A stretch of DNA of 32,707 nucleotides from an uncultured Ruminococcus sp. (GTDB taxonomy: Bacteria > Bacillota > Clostridia > Oscillospirales > Ruminococcaceae): the NCBI GenBank assembly GCA_964425035.1, contig CAYRLM010000001.1:1-32707 (forward strand), given 5' to 3'. Each line of letters begins with the position of its first letter. The first letter of the stretch is position 1. Both the position numbers and the translations under genes were made by a program. Positions 1-7,874 of the stretch are shown here, piece by piece. The notes under the pieces are model-generated. The model was given only the letters and a program-made list of their open reading frames with translations. It searched no databases and had not been told where the DNA came from.

Positions 1-1180
1 TGATTTGAATCATTTTGTCCCGCTCGATTTCCAATGCTTCGATTTCTTCGTCCATATTCCTCAACACAGAAACTATTGCTTTCTGCTCGTCAATATCAGC
101 AGGGATACACAATTCCGTTTCTCCAAAAGATTTTTTAGAGACAGATGAAACCTTGATACCCGTAATATATGGGTAAAGCTGATCATGATAAATCGAAGAA
201 TTCATGTAATATCCTAAGAATCCTTCAGCTGTTTCAAAATTCGGACGGCAGACCACAGTATGAAGTCCACCCACAAGTGGAATGGATATTTTCCCGACTT
301 GCACTACTTTCCCAACAGTTGCGTCCTCAGCGGTATCTGCAATTAAAACATCATGTGTTTGTAGATAACTTCTCTCCTTAATTTTGGAAGCATCCTTTAA
401 CCGAGGAATTTCATCATCATCTGACAACACACTACCGTATTTTATTAGGACATCCCCATAATGAATATCTCCTACAGCCCCTCTGTCAGATAGCTGATCT
501 CTTGAGCAGGTATTGTTAGGTAAAACCGAAAAATACTGTTTAAACGAATAAGTAATCCATTCCTTATTAAAGTCCTCCAACCTTGTATGCCCTCGCATCA
601 AATCCTCCAGTGCCCCGTCACGAATGCCTTTCTTTTTCTCAATCAACTCTGCAAGATCATCAATATAGGCATCAAACTGCGAAAGCGTCCGTGCAATTTC
701 TTCTTGTTCTGGTATAGACGGAAGATAGACCAATACCTTTTTAACAACTTCCTTATTAAGGTTCTGTACGCCACTTCCTGCTGCGAACGCTTCATACTGC
801 TTTTGCACATACTGTGATGACAACAAATAAAAAAGGAATTCATCATTTGCATCATTTTGAAAATCATATAGACGAAGCCATCCGTCATGGATACAACCAT
901 CAATATCAAGAATATAGGGTCTACCGAAGCTCATTGAATTCGAAAGAATAAAATCTCCTGAGTAAACGCTTACAGAATGTGCTGCACCCGTCCGAGTTAT
1001 TTTTTCTACCGTTGAAGTGATGTGCTTTCCAAACCGTGGAGCATCTCCTATTTTAATCCAATTCACGCCATTAATTCCATTTGTCAAATACGCTTCTATG
1101 GGACGTGGAGATGCTCCTCTTTTAATCTTCATAAAGTCATTGAACTTTTTTTCTCTCCACTCAACAGGATAAATTACCAT
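1..1180 (-). CDS. hsdS: Type I R-M specificity subunit HsdS (3' end runs off window)
   Basis: Not in the ORF track. Manual translation from ATG 1180 (overlapping the hsdM stop) is open to the window edge: MVIYPVEWREKKFNDFMKIKRGASPRPI...GDFILSNSMSFGRPYI...GSGVQNLNKEVVKKVLVYLPSIPEQEEIA...second TRD...IPADIDEQKAIVSVLRNMDEEIEALE. Two TRDs, each followed by the conserved P..EQ..I helix. Confidence 0.95.
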   Translation of the reverse strand, partial: MVIYPVEWREKKFNDFMKIKRGASPRPIEAYLTNGINGVNWIKIGDAPRFGKHITSTVEKITRTGAAHSVSVYSGDFILSNSMSFGRPYILDIDGCIHDGWLRLYDFQNDANDEFLFYLLSSQYVQKQYEAFAAGSGVQNLNKEVVKKVLVYLPSIPEQEEIARTLSQFDAYIDDLAELIEKKKGIRDGALEDLMRGHTRLEDFNKEWITYSFKQYFSVLPNNTCSRDQLSDRGAVGDIHYGDVLIKYGSVLSDDDEIPRLKDASKIKERSYLQTHDVLIADTAEDATVGKVVQVGKISIPLVGGLHTVVCRPNFETAEGFLGYYMNSSIYHDQLYPYITGIKVSSVSKKSFGETELCIPADIDEQKAIVSVLRNMDEEIEALEIERDKMIQI

Positions 1181-3864
1181 TTGTATCCCATCCTTTCCAG
1201 CGCAGCCACTACAGCCACCCTTGATTTTGCCGTTCTGTCCTCAATTTCGCCGAGCGTATGCTCATAACGCTTGGCAATCAGAAGAACTCTGGAGGACAGG
1301 ATATTTAGCACTTGCTCAATTTCATCACAAATGTCGGTTTCCAACTTTGCCATCCACTTCATGTCAAAGAGGAGATGCTTGATCTCATCCACCGTCAGTT
1401 CGCTGTATTTCGCCTCGACCTTTTCGTCCAAAGCTTTGCGAGCTTCTTTCCAAGCCTTGTCTGTCTCATCCTTCTCTGCGGATTTTGCAGCGTATGCCGT
1501 CAGAGCGTCATATTCGTCTTTGTAAATCTCCGGCACAACTGCGGAATCGGCAGCCGCCTTGAGTGCAGCCTTCAACTTTGCTTTTCCGAATGTACCATTC
1601 TTGTTGCGAATATCAAACTCAGCCAGTTTAGGCACTTCACGGATGAGTGCCTCCATCTCGTCCATCTTACCTGCATCAAAGAGTGCCACCAGCTTTGTCA
1701 TGGCATCCATAATGGAGGATGTCTTTTTACCCTCAAGTTCCTTAAGTCGCTTGTTCAGATTTGCCTTCGGAATGCTGTCACCTTTCTCGTTCAGCACATC
1801 CTTCAGCAAGCCATCATCGCCTGATTCTTCTTCACGCATCTCATCCAATTCAGCCTCAAGCGAAGCAGCTTTCTCCATCAACAAATTGATAGCAGCCAAC
1901 TCTTCTGCAAAATACACTGATTCAATAATCTCCCTCGGAATTAAAGTTCCCTCGAAAGACTTGACCTTGGATATGTCATCAACGGAGATCGTTTCTCCGT
2001 TCTCATCCTTTGCTTTTTTCTGTGCGTACTCGTATTCAATTTCTCGACCGACTTCGTAACCACCGGCTTTAATAGCATACACATCATCCTGCAATTTTTC
2101 ATTCCAATAGTTCAGCAGGCAGTCGTACACATCGTAATTATCAAGAAGCCGAGCGGATTCATAAGCCTTAAGAAGCATGATTGCAATCGTGCGAATCAAT
2201 TCCTTCGGATTGGTTTCATGCTCAATGCCGAGCAGGATTTCCTTTACCGAATCCCGCCATTGTGTGAATATCGTATCGGTTTCTTTCTGCTTTTCGGCAA
2301 GAATACTGGCATCCTGACCGATTGCGTCTTCAATCTCGCCGGAAGGAAGAGCAAGATTATATACATCATGTGCCTCATCCACGCAGGTGAAAATCTCCTG
2401 TTTCAATGCAGATGAGATATCCCACAGTCTTTTCAACGATTCAATATCTGTACCCGGTATTCCACCCTTCAGATGTGCCGCAATATTCTGGGGCAATGTG
2501 TCATCGATTTTCTGAATATAGCGGGGAACATTCAAATTTCCCGCATTTTGCTCCAGAATATCCGTATACTTCACAAAACGAGAATAACCCTTGATAATAT
2601 CACCGTGAGTAAAGGTCTGAACAATTTTCTCAATATCCTGCTCACGCAGTCTATTCTTGTTGCCATCTTTCTTAAATCCACGGCTGGCATCTATCAGGAA
2701 AATACCCTCTCTGGTTTCCGTATCTTCTTTATCAATGATAATGATGCAGGCTGGGATGCCCGTTCCGTAGAACAAGTTTGCCGGCAGGCTCACTATGCCC
2801 TTGATGTACTTTTTCTTAAGCACTTCAATACGGATGGTTTCTTCCGCATTGCCTCTGAACAGTACACCGTGCGGCATAATAATACCTGCTTTGCCGTTGC
2901 TGTCCAAAGACTTTAGAACATGGAGAAACCAAGCATAGTCTCCGTTCTTTTCAGGAGGGATGCCATATCCGTCAAAACGCTTGTATTTATCCTCGGAGGT
3001 TTTGATACCATCACTCCAGGATTTATCGGAGAACGGCGGATTCATAACAATGAAGTCAAACTTCTTCAGTTCGCCGAAATCGTCCGTAAAGGCAGGATCG
3101 ACCAATGTATTACCTCGTTTAATCTCACCTGTACCTTTCTGGTGAAGAATAAGATTCATCTTCGCCAAACCTGCCGTAGCGTGGTCTTTTTCCTGACCGA
3201 AAATGGTCACAATGGAATCACCGTTTTCATCCACAGGAGCTTCGTCCGCCGCCCTGATGAGAAGGCTTCCACTGCCTGCGGCCGGATCGTACAGAGTCCA
3301 CTTCTTTGTCGGCATCTGCCTAATCTTTCCGATACCGATAAGCCGTGCTATGATACGGGACACCTCACTTGGCGTATAAAACTGTCCCTTACTCTTTCCC
3401 GATTCCTGTGCAAACTTCATCATGAAGTATTCATAGGCATCGCCAATAATATCATCACCGCTTGCACGGTTGTTTTTGAAGTCAATCGCCGGATTTTGAA
3501 ACACGCCAATCAATCCGGACACTTTATCTACCAGCTCCTTGCCAGAACCCAATTCATCGGGATTGGTGAAGCTAACATCAGGAAGTGAACCTTGGAGTCT
3601 GTTGTCCTCCAGAAACTTTTGGATAATCTTATCCACACGTTCTCCGACATCAGGCTTTCCCTTTGCCTTAATCAAATCATCGAAAGATGCACCTTCGCTG
3701 ATAGTAAACTCCGCAAAAGGCTGTCCCTTGTATCTATCAGATACATATTTAAAAAACAACAGGACAAGCACATAGTCCTTGTACCTTGCCGGTTCCACAC
3801 CGCCTCTTAATTTATTACAAGCCTCCCAAAGGAGCGAATATAATTCAGATTTTTTCACAGCCAT
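1174..3864 (-). CDS. hsdM: Type I R-M methyltransferase HsdM (m6A), long 896-aa form
   Basis: LWEACNKLRG N-terminus, GQFYTP, motif I YDPAAGSGSLL, motif IV NPPF; directly upstream of hsdS. Confidence 0.97.
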   Translation of the reverse strand: MAVKKSELYSLLWEACNKLRGGVEPARYKDYVLVLLFFKYVSDRYKGQPFAEFTISEGASFDDLIKAKGKPDVGERVDKIIQKFLEDNRLQGSLPDVSFTNPDELGSGKELVDKVSGLIGVFQNPAIDFKNNRASGDDIIGDAYEYFMMKFAQESGKSKGQFYTPSEVSRIIARLIGIGKIRQMPTKKWTLYDPAAGSGSLLIRAADEAPVDENGDSIVTIFGQEKDHATAGLAKMNLILHQKGTGEIKRGNTLVDPAFTDDFGELKKFDFIVMNPPFSDKSWSDGIKTSEDKYKRFDGYGIPPEKNGDYAWFLHVLKSLDSNGKAGIIMPHGVLFRGNAEETIRIEVLKKKYIKGIVSLPANLFYGTGIPACIIIIDKEDTETREGIFLIDASRGFKKDGNKNRLREQDIEKIVQTFTHGDIIKGYSRFVKYTDILEQNAGNLNVPRYIQKIDDTLPQNIAAHLKGGIPGTDIESLKRLWDISSALKQEIFTCVDEAHDVYNLALPSGEIEDAIGQDASILAEKQKETDTIFTQWRDSVKEILLGIEHETNPKELIRTIAIMLLKAYESARLLDNYDVYDCLLNYWNEKLQDDVYAIKAGGYEVGREIEYEYAQKKAKDENGETISVDDISKVKSFEGTLIPREIIESVYFAEELAAINLLMEKAASLEAELDEMREEESGDDGLLKDVLNEKGDSIPKANLNKRLKELEGKKTSSIMDAMTKLVALFDAGKMDEMEALIREVPKLAEFDIRNKNGTFGKAKLKAALKAAADSAVVPEIYKDEYDALTAYAAKSAEKDETDKAWKEARKALDEKVEAKYSELTVDEIKHLLFDMKWMAKLETDICDEIEQVLNILSSRVLLIAKRYEHTLGEIEDRTAKSRVAVVAALERMGYKW

Positions 3865-3918
3865 AGCCCTCTTTAATCTCCATTCTTGCTTTAATCATTG
3901 TTGTGGACGTGCCGTCCT

Positions 3919-4113
3919 TCATTCCATTGCACTTTTTCCGCTCGCGACCCAATTGTCTAATTCGGAGCATTTAAACTTCCATTGCTTTCCTATTTTGTGA
4001 GCTGGAATCCCTTTGTCCTTTCTAATCCAATCCCGAATGGTTCCGGGCTTGACACCCAGATATTCTGCGGCTTCATCAATGTTAATCCATTTATTGTTAG
4101 TGACATCTGCCAT
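3919..4113 (-). CDS. Excisionase-like (HTH_17/MerR-like) DNA-binding protein
   Basis: 64 aa, WINIDEAAEYLGVKPGTIRDWIR...IPAHKIGKQWKFKCSELDNW; GGAGG RBS upstream. Confidence 0.9.
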   Translation of the reverse strand: MADVTNNKWINIDEAAEYLGVKPGTIRDWIRKDKGIPAHKIGKQWKFKCSELDNWVASGKSAME

Positions 4114-4155
4114 CTCCGCACCTCCGAACTAATTAATTACAATAATTCATTTTAT

Positions 4156-4184
4156 ATTATAGCAGATATTTCGTCCTTTTTCAA
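4156..4184 (-). promoter_or_regulatory. sigmaA promoter for the xis-like/hsdM/hsdS operon
   Basis: Minus strand TTGAAA-17 bp-TATAAT with TG extended -10. Confidence 0.75.
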
Positions 4185-4188
4185 TAGG

Positions 4189-4224
4189 TTTAATGTAATT
4201 TCTTGTTGTTTCTTATCATTTCTT
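4189..4224. repeat. 10-bp-phased direct repeats upstream of the -35
   Basis: TTTCTT at 4199, 4209 and 4219, plus TTTAAT at 4189. Confidence 0.6.
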
Positions 4225-4352
4225 TTCTTATATCGTTCTGCAATATAGCATTCGTGGCTGCAATGTTTCTACCGCTTGTCGCCATACATAGTAAACTTCT
4301 TTTCACAACTGCAGCAAACGATATCGCAATAGACTTTACAATTAACTGTTCA

Positions 4353-4418
4353 GCACACCCACATAACGAATGAAATTATAAATCGTTACGGAACGGTTTC
4401 ATCGTTATGGGTGTATGC
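4353..4418. repeat. Long imperfect inverted repeat
   Basis: GCACACCCACATAACGAATGAAA (4353-4375) versus TTTCATCGTTATGGGTGTATGC (4397-4418). Confidence 0.65.
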
Positions 4419-4480
4419 AAAATTGGAATACCACACATCTATCCTACCTAAACCAAAAGCATCTGGCGAACGGCTAAGAC

Positions 4481-4522
4481 AAAAAAAATAAGCCTTCTGC
4501 ACACCCCTCGGTGTCAGAAGGC
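4481..4522 (-). terminator. Intrinsic terminator
   Basis: GCCTTCTG/CAGAAGGC plus ACACC/GGTGT stem, followed on the minus strand by a long T run. Confidence 0.7.
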
Positions 4523-4591
4523 AAGTAAAGACTTTGTTTTTGATACACCTAAACGGAGAGCCGAAAAGCACACCACGCAATGGTATCGTCA

Positions 4592-4745
4592 AAAATAAAC
4601 CTCAATGCCTTTTTTTGAGTTTCCTGATTGTCACCAAGCTATCTGCCGTATTCCTTACAAATCGGTTCACGGCTTTTGTCACAATAAGGTCTATTTTCAC
4701 GTCAACAGCGTCCGAAATCATAGCATTAAATTCGTTGCATACCTT
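4592..4745 (-). pseudogene. Large serine recombinase catalytic-domain relic
   Basis: Manual translation KVCNEFNAMISDAVDVKIDLIVTKAVNRFVRNTADSLVTIRKLKK, then a frameshift to GIEVYF. Matches the resolvase-domain pattern FNxMIxDAxxGKIDLIITKSxSRFARNTVDSLxTIRKLKEKGVEVYF. Confidence 0.85.
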
Positions 4746-4934
4746 TTAATTATTCCTACACCTTTTAACGAAAAGCCAGAAGGGTGTGCAATTTGTATCA
4801 AAATAGGTCACCTTTCCCAAGAATAAGGTTCATTATGAGCTTTATGAGTAAATCTTGAAAAGTGAACATTGAACAGAAAAACCGAACATTGGAGAAAAAA
4901 GCGGGCATTGAATGTACGGTTTGGCAGCATTAGA

Positions 4935-5208
4935 GTTGAGACGATGGGATTTTACAGGTTTTCGGACTTATTTCCTCAGAGCGCAGTCTTGAGACGATTG
5001 GGAAATTATAGTAGGGACAAGCACATTGACCTGTTTCCGAGAACGTCAGAAGTTGATAAAATGGCGATTTTGAGGTCAAAAAGGGTGTGGATATGTTTCC
5101 GAGAACGAACGGGCTGATTTTACGAGGATTGGCCGATTATTTGACATTCATCTGGAGCAATCGAGCCATGTGGAGTGTGTGGTGTTGATGTCAAGAAAAG
5201 ATAAATAA
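4935..5208 (+). mobile_element. Island boundary: tandem degenerate copies of the rlmD/rumA 3' end (att-like sites)
   Basis: Encodes DLFPQS (4965), IDLFPRTSEVD (5025), VDMFPRT (5087) and SHVECVVLMSRKDK* (5164-5208). The RlmD C-terminal motif is DMFPxTxHVE. TGTTTCCGAGAACG is exact at 5032 and 5094. Confidence 0.8.
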
Positions 5209-5414
5209 GGGTTAAAAAGCCTGTATTTACCATCTTTTTTCGCTCTTTTGGCAAAAGACATCTATTTCACCCGCTCAAAATGCTTGTAAGGCGAAACCAA
5301 TCCAAGAGGAATTTTGCAAGCCGGAAAAAAATCGAGTGAGCGGATTGATTGTCAATCCGGAGATCTGTTTTGCTTACCCGAGCTTCTAAAAATCGAAAAT
5401 TTATAATCAATAAA

Positions 5415-5445
5415 AACTCTCTCAACCATCATGGCTGAGAGAGTT
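5415..5445 (-). terminator. Hairpin/terminator
   Basis: AACTCTCTCA...TGAGAGAGTT 10-bp stem; T run on the minus strand. Confidence 0.6.
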
Positions 5446-5562
5446 AGTGCTTCTCAAGATTAATCTGCATCCAGGACATTTAATGAAAGCCATATATTTC
5501 TCCTCTAATGCAGACAAAACTCTGCAATTTATTCACTTTTATTATATACTACAGAAAAGCTT

Positions 5563-5592
5563 AGCCCTCCGGTCAATTAAGACCGGAGGGCT
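5563..5592 (-). terminator. Intrinsic terminator of the NPXTG-SBP operon
   Basis: AGCCCTCCGGTC/GACCGGAGGGCT 12-bp stem 33 nt after the SBP stop. Confidence 0.8.
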
Positions 5593-5625
5593 GCTTATTT
5601 TATGGGAGGATTAGATTTCAATCAA

Positions 5626-7062
5626 TCACTGTAAGCCGGCGAGCGTTTCGTTTGCTGCGTCCAAATTAGCCTGAACTGCCGCCCGGTAAGTTTCACGGGT
5701 CTGAGTCCAGCTTACACCATTGTTGTAAGTTTCCTTAATCGGGTTGTTGACGAGATCAGCAACCTTAGATGTCACTGCATTGTACATCTCGATAACCGGA
5801 TGCTCGGCAGTCATCTTGTTGACACGCTCATACATATCCCACTGCTCCTGCGTCCAATTGTATTCATCGAACGCCTGACGCTTGCTTATTTCCTTGGCAG
5901 CTTCGCTGTCACGGGTAGCCATGCAGCACTTTAGGTAAGCCGCAACGCCCTCAGGGTTCTTTGCGCCCTTGCACAGCGAGAATCCGGAAATTCTTGCGGG
6001 CAGATAATAAGCGTCTGCCTCGGTGCACTTAGGCATCGGAACGAACATTACGTCTTCCTGATTGTTAGCGAAATCCTGAATATAGTTGTTGTAGGGATAA
6101 AGGGCATACAGACCAACAGGATAGAACAGCGTCTTGCCTTCCTTCACGCGAGTGGGCTGTACCTGCCAGTTATATTCTGCCTTCGGAAGCTGCAGATGCT
6201 GTGTATTCATGTCGAGCATGAAATTCTGAACCTTTTCGATCATGGGGTCGTCAAAATTCTGTACAATCTTTCCGTCATTCATGCCGATATAGGATTTGCC
6301 AGATGTCAAGGAGAAACCACCTTCGAACCACCAGCCGTCTGTCGCAAACTTACCTTCATCAACGTTGCAGAACTTCAGCATCATATTCTTGAAGGTATCC
6401 CAGTTCCAGTTGCCCTCATTAAGAAGCTCCACGGGGTCGTCAAGGTCGTTGTCACGGATAGTGTTCTTGTTGTAGAACATAACGCAATCGCTTTCTACGT
6501 CAACAGCGCCGACATAGTGCTTACCGGCAAATGCAAACTGCTCGTTTACTGAGCTCATAGGAGCCCACAGATCCTCGCTGAAATCAACATAGTCGTCCAG
6601 CGGCTGGAACATGCCGCTTAAAACACCCTTAGGGAACACGTCCATATCGCCTGCGCTGAACATATCGGGAGAATCATCTGACGATACCAGAACACCGAGT
6701 TTTGTAAATCTGTCATCAAACGGTGTGTTGATGTATTCAATTCTGCCGCCAAACTGTGTCTGGAACATTTCCAGAGCCGGTGCAACGGGCTGACCTTCTG
6801 CCGGATTCAGATCCCAAGAGGACAGGAACTTTACAGTGCCGTTCTCCAGCTTTTCTGCACCGATATCAATCTCTGCAATCTTCTCGGCATCTTCCTGATT
6901 CATAGTAGCGGTAGTGCCTGCAGTGGTCTGCTGTGCGGGAGCGTTTGCGGAAGCAGTTCCTGAAGCTGCTCCACTTATATCGGTCTGCTCGTCACAGCCT
7001 GTTACTGCCAAAACAGAACAGATTGCGAGCGCAGCCGCTGTGATACGAGTGATGTATTTCAT
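5626..7062 (-). CDS. Carbohydrate ABC transporter solute-binding lipoprotein
   Basis: Lipobox LAVTGC, Ala/Thr linker, family-1 SBP motifs (SPDMF, FQPLDDYVD, MFYNK, WNWDTF, FVPMP); glycosidase context. Confidence 0.88.
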   Translation of the reverse strand: MKYITRITAAALAICSVLAVTGCDEQTDISGAASGTASANAPAQQTTAGTTATMNQEDAEKIAEIDIGAEKLENGTVKFLSSWDLNPAEGQPVAPALEMFQTQFGGRIEYINTPFDDRFTKLGVLVSSDDSPDMFSAGDMDVFPKGVLSGMFQPLDDYVDFSEDLWAPMSSVNEQFAFAGKHYVGAVDVESDCVMFYNKNTIRDNDLDDPVELLNEGNWNWDTFKNMMLKFCNVDEGKFATDGWWFEGGFSLTSGKSYIGMNDGKIVQNFDDPMIEKVQNFMLDMNTQHLQLPKAEYNWQVQPTRVKEGKTLFYPVGLYALYPYNNYIQDFANNQEDVMFVPMPKCTEADAYYLPARISGFSLCKGAKNPEGVAAYLKCCMATRDSEAAKEISKRQAFDEYNWTQEQWDMYERVNKMTAEHPVIEMYNAVTSKVADLVNNPIKETYNNGVSWTQTRETYRAAVQANLDAANETLAGLQ

Positions 7063-7089
7063 TCTGCTCTTTCCTTTCGTGAAACAGGA

Positions 7090-7695
7090 TTACTTTCTTC
7101 TGCTGATGAGGAGTGCGCCGGCTGCGATAACTGCTGCGCCTGCAACTGCTGCTACGCCGGAAACGCCGGTATCAGGGTTACCCTTGGAAGGAGTTGTGGT
7201 GTCAACAGGAGTTGTAGTATCGGTAGCCGCTGCATCATCTGCCGGAGCGGAAGCAGAACCAGCCTCGAAAGTCATCTCATAAAGCTCGATGCCGTGACCC
7301 ATGATTGCCATACCAGCGGTCTGGAGGTGCTCAAGTTCCTCAGCGTTTGTGATTGTGAAGGTGATGGAGCTGCTGTCAACGTCGATAGTATAGCTGTCGC
7401 CGCCCTCAGAAAGCTCAACGCCGCTCAGATCGTTGATGAAAGGCCAGCCTGCATCATTAATCATGGTCTTGATGCACCAGTAGTCCTGACCAGGGAGATC
7501 TGCAAGAGTCTCGTCTGTCTTGTAGGTCATTTTAACTACCGTATCTGTGGTAACATCTGCGAACTCTTCCCCGGCGATGGTTACGCTGGTGCTCCAGCCG
7601 AAGCCGAGGTCAGTGTTGATGTCATAAGCTCCTGCTGTTGCGGAGATAGCTGCTGCGGCTGCTGCCGCTGTGATAACTGCGATGTACTTTTTCAT
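7090..7695 (-). CDS. NPXTG sortase-anchored surface protein, possible carbohydrate-binding module
   Basis: Signal peptide, roughly 120-aa acidic domain with Trp/Tyr residues, T/P linker, then KGNPDTG, a hydrophobic segment and an RRK tail. Confidence 0.85.
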   Translation of the reverse strand: MKKYIAVITAAAAAAAISATAGAYDINTDLGFGWSTSVTIAGEEFADVTTDTVVKMTYKTDETLADLPGQDYWCIKTMINDAGWPFINDLSGVELSEGGDSYTIDVDSSSITFTITNAEELEHLQTAGMAIMGHGIELYEMTFEAGSASAPADDAAATDTTTPVDTTTPSKGNPDTGVSGVAAVAGAAVIAAGALLISRRK

Positions 7696-7812
7696 GATAA
7701 ATTCTTCCTTTCTTCGGAATTTGCTTCCGTTTTGTTGGTTTAATTATATCATTTACCCCAATTCCTTTATATCAGAATTTTAATTTTTTTGTCGTGAATT
7801 TATCCAAATTAC

Positions 7813-7841
7813 TTGACTAAACTGAATTTTTTTAGTATAAT
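7813..7841 (+). promoter_or_regulatory. sigmaA promoter of araC
   Basis: TTGACT-17 bp-TATAAT. Confidence 0.7.
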
Positions 7842-7874
7842 TAGTATAATATTAATAATGAAAGGAATGTTATC

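Noticed and set aside
169-909. Small ORFs listed at the window start
   Set aside because: All overlap hsdS, which the ORF track missed because it runs off the edge.
1-1180. hsdS shufflon or inverting TRDs
   Set aside because: No second hsdS, inverted repeats or tyrosine recombinase visible in the window; cannot be excluded beyond the left edge.
4869-5117. 82-aa + ORF containing VET, DLFPQS and DLFPRT
   Set aside because: TTG start with no convincing RBS; it is a by-product of the rlmD-like repeat units rather than a credible gene.
4935-5208. CRISPR array interpretation of the ~60-bp periodic repeats
   Set aside because: Repeats are degenerate, non-palindromic and match rlmD coding sequence; no cas genes in the window.
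7186-7225. Short tandem repeat (GGAGTTGT) in the NPXTG gene
   Set aside because: Encodes the DTTTP x2 linker; ordinary low-complexity spacer.
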